Below the pieces are notes generated by a model. The model was given only the letters and a program-made list of their open reading frames with translations, did not search any database and had not been told where the DNA came from. From assembly GCF_036321535.1 (NCBI RefSeq), contig NC_087436.1, positions 5,952,001-6,016,000 of the forward strand: a DNA stretch of 64,000 nucleotides, in the 5' to 3' direction. Position 1 is the first letter of the stretch, and each line of letters opens with the position of its first letter. Shown here piece by piece: positions 12,289 through 23,496 of this stretch. A program made the position numbers and the translations under genes. Source of the DNA: Camelus dromedarius (taxonomy: Eukaryota).

Positions 12289-14845
12289 TCTCCTGGTGGA
12301 CTTTGCACATCACCTGCAGCATCCTTCCTCCGGGAAGGGCTCCATGACTCTGCAGGTCAGGTGCTGTCTGCCTATCTTCTCACAGCACCTGTGTTTTTCT
12401 CATTTTGAATTTACCACTCAGTTGTAATTTTACACTTTTTTGTTGATGTCAATGTAGCCTTAGTGCTCAACTTTTCCACTAGAGTGGGAGTCACAAGGCT
12501 AGGAAATAGACCCTATTCACCATGGGTTCCCAGCGTCCAGCACATGGCCCAACACACAGTAAACAATCGATAAACTTTGGAGAGAAAATCATGAGTGAAT
12601 TGATTTTAAATAAATTTTTTTCACTGAGTTAAAATGTGTTTGGTTTATGAAGTCCCTGCTTCATTCAGTGTAATGATGCAGGCACAAACATCTTCATTGG
12701 TATTTAAGCCCAAATCACTCAATTTTCTGTATTTGGATTTATTATTATTCCTAAGTGGTAATTTCTCAGAAATATTAAATAATCTATCAAGACTAACAAA
12801 CTAAGCCAAAGTGCAAAGGGATTTCTGTTCTAACTAAAAACCTATCAAAGCATAATAAATAAAATACATTAAAATATAGCAGTAGACATACCGAGAGGTC
12901 TTAAATTTTACAAAATGTTATTTTTGCTAAGAGCTTAATTTAACATAGACTAATACTTAAATCATATAAAATCAGCTAATAATATTTAATACTAAAAATA
13001 TCTTGCTTTTCATAATTGAATTATATAGTCAATGCTTGACTAGCAGTCACTTATTCAAATTACCATACTAAAACATGCAAACTAATGTATCTTGATGACA
13101 AAATTTAGTGATGCTAGTCAGGATGTACCAACAAAAATTCCCTCCAAAGTATGGGGAGGTAATGAGACGGCTCACCTGAGTCATGGACAGCATGGAGTTG
13201 GGGGGGGTCGTCTCCGCTGATCAGAAGCAGCCCCTCACACAGTGTGGGGTTGGAGTTTAGACTGCTCTCACATTCTGGAAATTGAAAGCAGAAAAATAAC
13301 AAAATAAACTTCCTTACCATTAAAACCACTGCAGTGCTTGAATGAAAGGAAATAAAAACCACAATGCAAAAGAATATAATGTCACTCCAAGCCAAACACA
13401 ATTTGCACTAAAAAAAAAAAAAATCCATGGAGAAAAACTCACAGCTGAGAATTACAAAATTCACAAATTCTTGCCACCAAGGAGTGTCAATAGATGCAAT
13501 AAAGAGCAGATTAAGACCCTCAAGAAATTTCAGGAAATGGTGGACCATCTGGAAGAAGCCATACCATGGGACATCTAAAATCATTTCGAATCCTAAAAGG
13601 AGAAACACAGAATAAGAAAAAAAAATGTAAGAAAAGACAACTTAGAGAAAGAGCAAGAAGAGAATCACTGAAACTAAACAGTAAATTACAATAAAAAATG
13701 AATAAAATATAAAATCACAGATTGTCTAATTGCGCATGGCAGATACAGAATCCATGAACTCCAAGACAGAACTGAGTAAGTCCACCAGCTTCTATAACAC
13801 GAAATAAAAGGATGGGTATGAAAATGAGACTGAGAGACTTGGAAGACAAAATGAGAGGGGAGTTGTATTAATTAGGGCCGAAGAAGCAGAACCAATGTGA
13901 GGACTAGGCAACAAGAAGTTTATTACAACAGCTGCACCTTGCAAAACTGTAGGGGGAGCCAGGAAAGTAAAACAGAGTCAGATGACCAAAGAAAAGTCAT
14001 TACAAAGGGGCTTGGAGAGGAGCAGGTGAGGAAGTGGGTGGAAGGTGGTTGCCTGTGAGTCAACAGTGGGGCCTGAAATTGCTGTGTCCATAGGGCAGTA
14101 GTTGACCAGATAGCTGGACAGGAAGCAAGGGAAAGCAAGAACCAACAGTGACTGGACAGTAATAGGTTCAAGGGTAACCTAGAACCCATAGAGACAAACT
14201 GGGATCGGGATGAAAAACTGCAACCTGTGAAGACAAACTAAAACTTAGCTTTCTCTGACAGCATCTAACCTCAGTGACATGGGTGACATGCACAAGAAGC
14301 TAGTGGCTTCCACCAAGTGCTTGGCCCAGATGAGGAAGGAGATCTGGCAAAAGCGGGAGAATAAAGGGCCAGGATGCTGCCCACAGCCACAAGGTAAGCC
14401 TCCAGCTGCAGTCTTCCAGGAGTTGTGGGAGCCTGGCTCCAGGTTCCAGCCTGCTGCCTCACTTCTGCCTCCCAAATCTCACCTGAATTTACTTGCGATG
14501 GATGTGAGCCTGGACCCATAGAGAGAAGAGAAGTCTAGCAAAGACGGTCCCAGCTTAGCTACACTGACAAAGTATGAACTCATCCCAGTCATTTTCTTTA
14601 CAAATTTGGCATCCACACATCACACATTAGAACACACTTAATTTGCAAGCAGATCTACAGCTTTGCTTCCATCTGTGCAGCAATCCCTTCTGCAATAGAA
14701 AACAGCTAGATTTCACCCTAAAATAATACGAAGTCCCATGTCACTTTGTCCACCTTTAAATGATATTTATTCCTCTGCTAGCTGAGCCTCAGTCCCTCTT
14801 TGATACCCTCTAATGTAATGTTGATAAAGTTTATATGTATGTACA

Positions 14846-14997
14846 CAGATGACTCTTGGACAATGTGAATTAGGGGCACCAACTCCGTGCAGTTGAAAAT
14901 CCTATATAACTTTGTAGTCAGCCCTCCATATCCCGGGTTCATATCCTCAAATTCAACCTACTGCCAGATCAGGTGGTACCACAGAAGTTACTTATTT
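14846..14997. mobile_element. MER8-like Tigger MITE fragment
   Basis: cagatgactcttggacaa..ttaggggcacc..gcagttgaaaatcc..tataact..gccctccatatcc matches the remembered MER8 consensus. Confidence 0.65.
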
Positions 14998-15334
14998 AAC
15001 TATCTATCTATATCTAATCTCCATTAATACAACAAATATATAATGCACACATTTATACAAAGATATTCTTTTCAACATAAGCAAGAAGCACTCATAAAAA
15101 ATGCTTCCCTTATTTCTGTAACTAATCATGTGGGAGTTGCAGATATTTAGAACGTCTTCTTCCCCTACTAATTGCAGATTCCTTTTGTCCTCAGCAAGCC
15201 CCTGAGCTGGTATGTTCCTTTCCTGCAAGGGTGACCAAAAACTTTATTCAGGAAATGACTAGGTCACAAATAGGTTGTTGGTATCGAGTGGTTGTAGTTC
15301 ATCATCAACTTTTATCACAAAAAGATGAGGATGT

Positions 15335-15620
15335 TGGAAGGAAACTTAACTCTCCATTCGGTCTAGACTTCGCGAGTCACTTCCAGAGAACAGAGTGTGG
15401 AAAGGGGAAGATGGTATCTTTAGAGACCCTGGGCAGACACCTCCTTAAGTAAATGATCAAAATTAACATCACTAGAGAGAAATTGAGAGGAAATCATGTC
15501 CCCCCACCTCCCTGTGTGATGAGATGAGAAAAGCATTTTATTTCTGTGGTATGCTTCCCGAAATCCATAACCTGCATAATCCATCATGTGAAATGTCAAA
15601 GTCCTACAACTCACAGAATG
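15335..15620 (+). mobile_element. L1MC/L1MD-type 3' fragment
   Basis: gtcacttccagagaacagagtgtggaaagggg..gatcaaaattaacatcac..atccataacc. Confidence 0.6.
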
Positions 15621-15626
15621 ATTTAT

Positions 15627-15657
<31 letters not shown>

Positions 15658-15665
15658 CACACACA
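15627..15665. repeat. (CA)n microsatellite
   Basis: Seen directly. Confidence 0.95.
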
Positions 15666-15879
15666 GTATGGCAATAATAATTGAGTATAAATTTACCTGT
15701 GGGGAGAATGGCAGAGAAATGGGCACAGAGATGATACTGAAGCCATATCTTGAATGTAACAGGTATGTGGATATATGGATTTAAAGAAATGATAAAATAT
15801 TAAGACTTTTAAGATATATTTTAAAAATACCTTTTCAATAGTTTTTTGAATACTTGGAATGTTTCCTAATAAGGATATA

Positions 15880-15990
15880 ATCACTATGCTGTACACCAGA
15901 AATGAACACATTGTAAATCAAATGTACTTCAATTAAAAAACATATACACCAGAAATTGACACATTGTAACTGAGTATGCTCCAATATATA
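15880..15990 (+). mobile_element. Two tandem L1 3'-terminal tips
   Basis: tacaccagaaat..acacattgtaa..tcaat occurs twice head-to-tail. Confidence 0.7.
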
Positions 15991-18014
15991 TATATTTACA
16001 CCCCAAGAGTCAAGCTGGATCAGTAGCCACTCAATTAGAAGAAAGTTTAGTTGTCTTACTTGATTTACATTAATATGATTTAAAGTTACATGCTGAATAT
16101 ACTTGGGAGAGAATTGAGACATTTTGGCCTAAGAAACAAAATATTTGTTATTGAATACCTACCAGAATTTGTTTGTTATCTTGACTCCAGCAATTCTCCT
16201 GCAGAGGAAAGACCGGGACCGTTCAGATCCAAGGATGTGAATGGTCCCTCATTTAAACAGATGCTGTGAAGTGCCACATGGCAGCGATGTAAAGCCAGTT
16301 CCAGGAAATGAGTGAAGACTGTAGGAAAGGATTTCTGGAGCATATAGTATGGGAATTTCTGAAAAGAACTGTAGCAGCTGTTGAAATAGAGAGCAAATCA
16401 TCAGTATTTTATGTGGAAATAATTCCGGGATGATTTTATTTCTAAAAACATTTCATTAAATTATGCTGTTTCCATGGTAAAGCCACGTAACTGGCTGAAA
16501 ATACACTTGAAAATCATGCCCCGTATTTTTCTAGTGCCAGTAGGAAATTATCAAGGGCTGATTCTTGGCTGTGCCTAAATGTCCTCGGCTTACTTAGGAA
16601 TCTCAGTGATGATGTTTGCTCCCGAGCAAGAGGACTGCACTGCAGACCCTGTACCAGACGGGGCAGGGCAGGCGGCACACAACAGGCACATTAAAAATGT
16701 TTCTTTATTTCCTCATTCTCTCTCACTCTTGATGCATGTATTATTCTATTTTCCCCTTAATAAACTCAACCTAACACTTCTCCAGATCATATATTTTAAT
16801 TATTATCTTCATAAGCACTGAGTGAGTTTTACTCAATTCAACCCACCATTTTCCTATCAACTATGATAAGCAAGACATTTTACTAATATCTGGGGCTGTA
16901 TAAGGACTAAAATGTGTATGTTCTCTTGGGCTCAAGGAATTTATAATTCACTGGGAGAGAATAATCTAACAGTTGAAAGAAACCCTCTATTTTAAAATCC
17001 AATAATATTTTGTTAGACACCAAATGGGAGAGGAAAGAAATATCCAATACTTACAATATAGTGATTTTACGATCTTAACCATCTTTCAGAGACCACATTT
17101 GTCTGTTATATTACAGCATAACGTGAGACAGACCAGACGGCTAGACGGTGGCAAGTGCTAGGACCACTTTTAAAACACACGCATGCTGGGGAGAAGAGAA
17201 AACTACACAGAGTCAGGAGCCTGTCGCGTATATAACGCTTCTGGTAACACCCTGATCTGTGGCGAGCCGGGTATCCCATCTCAGGAAAGAGACAAGCAGT
17301 TACACCTTGCTCCATACCGCCAGGTCTCCAGGTGTTACAACACTTGGTAGCGCCTTTGGGTTTCGGAGGCACATATACTAAGATGGAGAAAAATTTCGCC
17401 TATCTGTTTTCATGGGATTTGTAGGGCTGTCGATTTCAAGTGAGGCCAGGAAAAAGAGAGGGGTCTGCCGCTGGTCCCAGGCTGTAAAGAAAGCTTCCCA
17501 GCCACCCAAATCCGAGGACCCAGCAGACCTAATGACGTTAGATGCATCAATGGTGGAAAGGATGCTGTGTGGAGTCTCCGGAAATTACCAACAAGTGTTA
17601 TTACAGAACTGTAGGGTTCTGGATCAAGGCCAGACCTGTGACAGAAGACTGACTTGAAAATGTGCCTTGTCATGGAAGAATATATGGCTCTTTGATTGGA
17701 ACCATCCATCTTGGATCACCTATTGTCAGAGTCACTGAGTAATAGAGTTGAGCTGTGCTACACAATCCATGATACAATGGAAACAGTATGTTTGGGATCA
17801 CATCTGAGGTCCATAGAATACAAGTAAGGTTATAGGGTACAAGTGAGTTAGAGGACTGTGTGGCCAGATTCTCTCTTGCACTGAAGCATGTCCCTTATCT
17901 CACACTTACGATCTCATGGGAGAGTGGTCTCTACCACCATCTTACAGAAGAGGGAAAACCTCATTTGAAGGTATATTGCTTCAAGATGTGAATGTCAATT
18001 GAAAATGGATTGCT

Positions 18015-18464
18015 AAAGAATCAAACAGTGCCATTTACAACACCATGGTTGGACCTGGAGATTGTCGTACCAAGTAAAGTAAGTCAGACAGAGAAAGACA
18101 AATACCATATGATGTCACTTATATGCAGAATCTAAAAAAAGATACAAATTAACTTATTTACAAAGCAGAAATAGACTCACAGACATAGAAAACAAATTTA
18201 TGGTTACCAGCAGGGAAAGGGAGTGGGAAGGGATTAAACTGGGAGATTTTTAGGTACTAACTACTGTATATATAATAGATATTCAATAAGTTTCTTTTGT
18301 GTAGCACAGGGAACTATATTTGATACCTTGTAATAGCCTATAATGAAAAAGACTATAAAAGGGAATATACGTCTGTATATGTACAACTGAGACATGATGC
18401 TGTACACCAGAAATTGACACATTGTAAACTGACTAGAATTGAATTAAAAAAAAAAAAAAAGAAA
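18015..18464 (+). mobile_element. 5'-truncated L1 inserted into the ERVL
   Basis: L1 3' UTR plus poly(A); 14-bp TSD GAAAATGGATTGCT at 18001-18014 and 18465-18478. Confidence 0.95.
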
Positions 18465-19646
18465 GAAAATGGATTGCTGCTGCAAGAGAGCATTACTCAT
18501 GTGGGGTCGAAAAGGAAAGAAGTGAGGAGAGATCCTACCACCGGCAAAGTTGCAGGGAGCACATTTGATTGGTTAATTTGTTTGGAGAGAGGAGTCACTA
18601 GGATTTGCACAGGCATGGAATTCTAGACAATGATGGATGGCTTGGCTGCTTAATCAGAGATGAAAGAAATATAATTAAGAGATCAGAGACAACAAATTCT
18701 GGCAAAGGGTATGTGGAGGAATTTATGGAAGTAGCAATAAGTATGAAGACTGACGAGTCTTCTGTTAACAAACCAGAGAGCCTCCAACACAGGGGAAAGT
18801 CTACAACCAGGGAGGTGGGGTGACTTATCCTATGGTCATCAGTGCATCTCTGTCCTTAACAATCCCACTACATGGGAGAAAGGGCCACAAATAGAATGAC
18901 CAAGGTGTTGTGAGGTCAACCTCATGGCTCCCTCTCACCACAGTCAACTTAAGTACCACTGTTGGATGCCCGGCTTGCTAGCATCAGAGGCGAATGCAAG
19001 TGGACTGCACTGAGCCTCTTCTGCCCTGGAAGAGACAGTGATTCATCTCCGCAGGAGCTGACACTGACTGATGTAGATTTCTCTTTCCTGGCTGCAGGGT
19101 CAAGGCTGGTTCCAGCATCACAGAATCTTTGATCTCTGGACACGTTACTCATACACACTGTCTAGACCAAGGGGATCGCTTTATGGAAAAGCAGGAACTA
19201 CATGGGTCCCACATTGTACCATAAACTACATTACCTAGAAGGAGTCAGGCAGCTGTAACTGGATGAACTGCTTTCGTTTTCATTTGTTTGTCTGTTTTTT
19301 GGCCAGGGGAGCAGAAAGAATAAAAAAGGAATGATTATACTAGGAGGTAGGTAATCTGCTGACAGAGAAGAGGGCAGAGAAGGGTGCGTCTGGAATCCCG
19401 GGTCCACAAAGATGTTTTTGACACTCCCTCACCCATTATAATAGTAATTGGTCAATTGTATTCAATCTCAGCCCAGTAAGGGCAGGATGATTACTGCTTC
19501 AAAGCCTTTGTCTCGAGGCACAGTTCCATCAGTCAGGCAAACATCAGCACCGATGACCTGATGCCCAAATGTGAGGAAAATATAGAATGAGTGGTAAAAG
19601 AAGAGGGAAATTAGAAGAGGGAATTTAATTTAAAATAATGGTAATA

Positions 19647-20460
19647 GTGGGGAGGGTAGAGCTCAGTGGCAGAGTGCATGCATAGCATACATGAGGTCCT
19701 GGGTTCAATCCCCAGTACCTCTGTTTAAAAAAAAAAGACAATTAAAATAAACAAATGCTGCATCCAGTGCAGCTCAGGACCGTGTCTGAGGACAGGTGAC
19801 ACAAGACTTAAGAAACAAAGAGACAAAGTAAGGAGCAAAGATGGGACCAGGGGGCTCAAGATCTCGTGGATCCGGAGTCCCGAAAGCCTAGTCGACATCA
19901 CATTTATTAGGAGTACACGGCTCAGAAAAAAATGCAATCGAAGTGGTGGGGCTTTAGACATTCCATGTGATAAGCACTAAGTTCTGCTTGCTGGTTAACT
20001 GATTAATTTGAAGCCTATCCCTTGCAGGAACAATCACCCTCCTCAGGGGATGCAAAATTTCCAAGTCTATCCTGTTACTGCCTTCGGGACATCTCGAGAT
20101 AGCAAATGTTTCCCCTGGGCTTAACCGAGTGCTTTCCTGCGAGAACCAAGTTCTGTTAATGGATGATCTGGCTTTCCAGGACCATCCACTGTTTCACCCT
20201 AAGGAAATATCTGCCCTGCTTTGTGCTCTTATGGTCAATCTCAGGATTGCCCCTCACAAATTTTCTTTAGCATAATACATGCTATAGGTCATCTACTGCA
20301 TAAAACATCAAAACAAAGCAAGCATGTGCATTTCAAGCAAGCACGAATATCATATTTTAAGCTCATGGAAATTTAGATGCGGCTTGTTTTCCAGCAGCTT
20401 GTTTCCCAGCAAATAAATAAATTTGATTACCTCCTACCACTAAAAAAAAGAAAAAAATTA
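19647..20460 (+). mobile_element. Vic-1-type SINE with its tail split by an LTR
   Basis: tRNA-like head about 19649-19722; tail resumes at 20412; TSD AAAATAATG[G/A]TAATA at 19632-19646 and 20461-20475. Confidence 0.9.
19756..20411 (-). mobile_element. Young solo LTR, ERV2/betaretrovirus-like (6-bp TSD)
   Basis: TGCTG...CAGCA inverted termini; flanks AACAAA/AATAAA; highly similar to 45846-46527; AATAAA on the minus strand. Confidence 0.85.
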
Positions 20461-20880
20461 AAAATAATGATAATAAATTAATTAACACTATCAATATTAT
20501 AAATTAAGATATTATAATTCACATATAAATTATAAATACTATACATTATACATAGTATGTAAAATATGAATACTACATATTTAATATATAATGCATTATA
20601 CAATAATTTATTATACTTGTATATTAATGTAATTATGATATAATAACATTAATATTATTTTATTTATGAAATAAATAATTTAAATAATCATATAATATAA
20701 TTGCAATATTATAGTTATATGAGTTGTGTATAATAACGCATTTTATAATTAATATTTATTATAAAATAATTTCATATACTATACATTATGCATAATACAT
20801 AGTATATAACTACTATGTATTGTATGTAGAGTACGTTATATCATAATATTTTAATATTACAGTATAATAGATGACAATAA
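20461..20880. repeat. Extremely AT-rich low-complexity tract
   Basis: About 420 bp of degenerate TAA/TA/ATT repeats with very few G/C. Confidence 0.9.
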
Positions 20881-20884
20881 ACAG

Positions 20885-21660
20885 GAGCGGGAATACTAGG
20901 TGTGACCCTGGACAAGCAGGAGTCGCGGGGACAAGCGCTCCACCCGCTGGCCTCCCGCATCAGCATCCCTGCGAGCGCGTCACTCGCGCACGTGAGGAGT
21001 GGGCCCCAGAGAAGCGGGGCTGACCCCGAACGTCCCTTCCACGCTGACCCCGAGCTCTGACCCCCCCCGCGGGAGTGGGCGGCTCTGACCTCACTCTCCT
21101 GGTGACCACAGTGAAGTGCGCACCGTGTGTGAGCATCGGGCTCTCCAATGGGGAGGACGGGACCCTGGGAAAGGCAGCTGGATCCACGTGCAAGCGCCAC
21201 GCGCGTGTGCAGCGCTGATGTCCTAAGGGCCAGACCTCAAGGAACGGCGAACAGAGCGAGCGGATCAATTAATCCTCCCCTGGACCCTCCGGCGGCCAGC
21301 TCGGCGCAGGGTCCTGGCGCATCCGTGCGGGAAGCCCGCGGGGGTCCGCGGCTCAGCGCCGCACCCTCGCTCCGGAGCCCCTCTTTGTCTCCCTCGCCTC
21401 AGCCCTGCTCTTGCTTCCTAAGTTCGCTTCCTTCACAAACGACGTGCGCACGAGCCCGTGTCCCAGGCTCTGCTTTCTGGAGGTTCCCGCGCCACCGCGC
21501 AAGGGGCTTCACTTTTCTGGGCTTGGTTGTGCAGGTCGGATTTAGACAGCAGCGGTAACACCCGTGGCCTCTGACCGTCACAGCGAGCAAACGCGCTGCC
21601 AGTCGCAAACGCCTTAGTGTAGTGCCTGCCTGGCACATGACCGCATAATCAGCATTCTGC
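20885..21660. promoter_or_regulatory. CpG island
   Basis: About 780 bp of GC-rich, CpG-dense sequence in an AT-rich window; E-boxes CACGTG at 20989 and 21185; CTCF-like motif at 20934-20952 (minus); no linked coding exon recognised. Confidence 0.8.
21005..21500 (+). mobile_element. LTR16/LTR33-type ERVL 3' LTR, strongly GC-shifted
   Basis: Follows a PPT-like gaggagtgggc; ends tgcttcc..cacaaacgacgtgcgcacgagcccgtgtcccaggctctgctttctggaggttccc, colinear with the remembered aataaactacttgcacacaagtccttgtctcaggctctgctttctggggaaccc. Confidence 0.65.
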
Positions 21661-22788
21661 ATGTGGTTAATGACAAGAGCGGTGAGGATAAAGGTTTAAA
21701 AGGTTACGCAGGATGGCCTCATATATGTGCATATTATAATATATAAAATAAATAAGAAATAAAAGTTTCCAGATCAATAACACACTTCTGGATAGCCTTC
21801 TAAACAGCTTGTAGCCTTACACAAGGAAAATACTCTCAAGAACTAACGAATTAACCTTTCTCAATATGCCATTTCTTCAAATATTCCATAAAAGTGCTCT
21901 TCTAAGGCCTCGTTTTCCTCAAAGATGCATCTAAAATGAAATACATTATTTTTATTATGAAGGAAAATATTTTCACGCTTAATTGTATAAATAGGCAAAT
22001 TATATTTTGTCTTACTTTTAGACAAAAGGAAAGTTTAAAAAGCGTTCGATGTCTGCATGTAAGAAATTGGTTGACAACGGGAGTGAAATCAAGGTAACAG
22101 CAACAACAAAATCTCCTAGAACCTTCTTCCTCAGTATTTTGAATGCTTGAAAGTATTGTTAAAATAAATTTCTTCCATTTTTAATCTTCTTGCTGCCATA
22201 AATATTATTATCTGCCACGGAGGCAGCCTTCCCGGTCAGCTGTCACCCGGAGATGTGAGTTGCCCCTCTATGTATGCATTATAGCATATGGAAAAAATCT
22301 AAGGTTGAACTATAGCACAAAGCGGAATGATGCTTCAGAGATTTTATCAATACGTGGATTTGGTAAGCAGTGTTAAAGGGTTCATTGAAGTAGAAAAAAA
22401 TAATCACTTGAGAATCATTCTTGCTGCTTAATTGCCCTCTGGGTAAAACACTGCCCCTCCCCAATCGTATTTTTGGACAGTGAAGTGTTATTCTCCACCA
22501 CATAGCCATTTTTCAGAGAATGACTTTGAACACATCTGCTGTGGCTCCATTATTCAACCATCATGCCAGTCTACTGTTCTGCAGAGAAGGAAAAAGAATG
22601 TATAATAAATGAGAAGTTTATTATTTTACAGCATTTGACAACTTCACACTTTTTTTTAAAAAAACAGCTGCAAAGAAGTTTTGTTTTGAAGAAATGACAG
22701 TTTTCTCCTATGGAGTTAACATTTCTTAGTGAGTCAAAAGTGATCATGTCTGAAGGTAACTATAAGCCCTACAGCTAGAAACCATTCC

Positions 22789-23326
22789 AAAAGTCCAGGA
22801 CCAGATGGCTTCACTAGGGGTTCTATCGAACATACAAAGGAGAGCTCACACTGGTCCTTCTCAAACTCTACCTAAAGATTGACAAGTAGGGAACATTCCC
22901 AAACTCAGTCCATGAAGCCAACATCACCCTGATACCAAAGCCAGACAAAGATGCTACAAAAAAAGAAGTCTATAGGCCAATATCATTGATGAACATACAT
23001 GCAAAACTCCTTAACAAAATATTAGTAAACAGAATCCAACAACACATAAAAAAGGTCACACACGTGACCAAGTTGGGTCCATCCCAGAGACAAGGATGGT
23101 TCAACACACGCAAATCAACCAATGTGATACACCACATTAACAAGAGAAAGGTCAAAAACCATGTGATCATCTCAATAGGTTCAAGAAAAACATTTGATAA
23201 AATTCAACACCCATTTATGATAAAACTCTAACCAAAGTGAATATAGAGGGAACATATCTCAACATAATAAAAGCTATTTATGACAAACCCACAGCCAGCA
23301 TTATAGTGGTGAAAAGTTGAAAGCCT
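22789..23326 (+). mobile_element. Internal L1 ORF2 (RT region) fragment without a 3' end
   Basis: aaaagtccaggaccagatggcttcact (KSPGPDGFT); ORF 22986..23231 [45 protein letters not shown]. Confidence 0.95.
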
Positions 23327-23339
23327 ACCATTTCCTTTA

Positions 23340-23496
23340 TTTTTAAATTTTTTTTTTATTGAGTTACAGTCAGTTTACAATATTGTATCAATTTCCAGTG
23401 TAGAGCACAATTTTTCAGTTATACATGAACATACATATATTCATTGTCGCATTCTTTTTCGCTGTGAGCCACCACAAGACCGTGTATCTATTTCCC
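23340..23496 (-). mobile_element. Short L1 3' end with TSD
   Basis: Poly(T) plus L1 3' UTR; TSD ACCATTT[C/A]CTTTA at 23327-23339 and 23497-23509. Confidence 0.85.

Larger units (their letters stand above)
17230..21000 (+). mobile_element. Ancient ERVL (class III) internal region: pol RT/RNase H/integrase remnants, interrupted by younger insertions
   Basis: Colinear degenerate matches to remembered ERVL pol DNA: acaacacttggtagcgcctttgggtttcggagg; gacccagcagacctaatg; ggatgctgtgtggagtctc; ggcttggctgcttaatcag; ggcaaagggtatgtggagg; internal 3'-end motif resumes at about 20885. Confidence 0.75.

Noticed and set aside
11779..12408. 209-aa plus-strand ORF
   Set aside because: Antisense shadow of the RPL29 retrocopy
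13100..15330. Further old L1 ORF1-like and LTR/ERVL-like fragments (also about 50.1-50.6 kb)
   Set aside because: Too degenerate to assign a family or boundaries without a search
20841..21662. ORFs across the CpG island
   Set aside because: Stop-poor GC-rich sequence derived from an LTR; no protein signature
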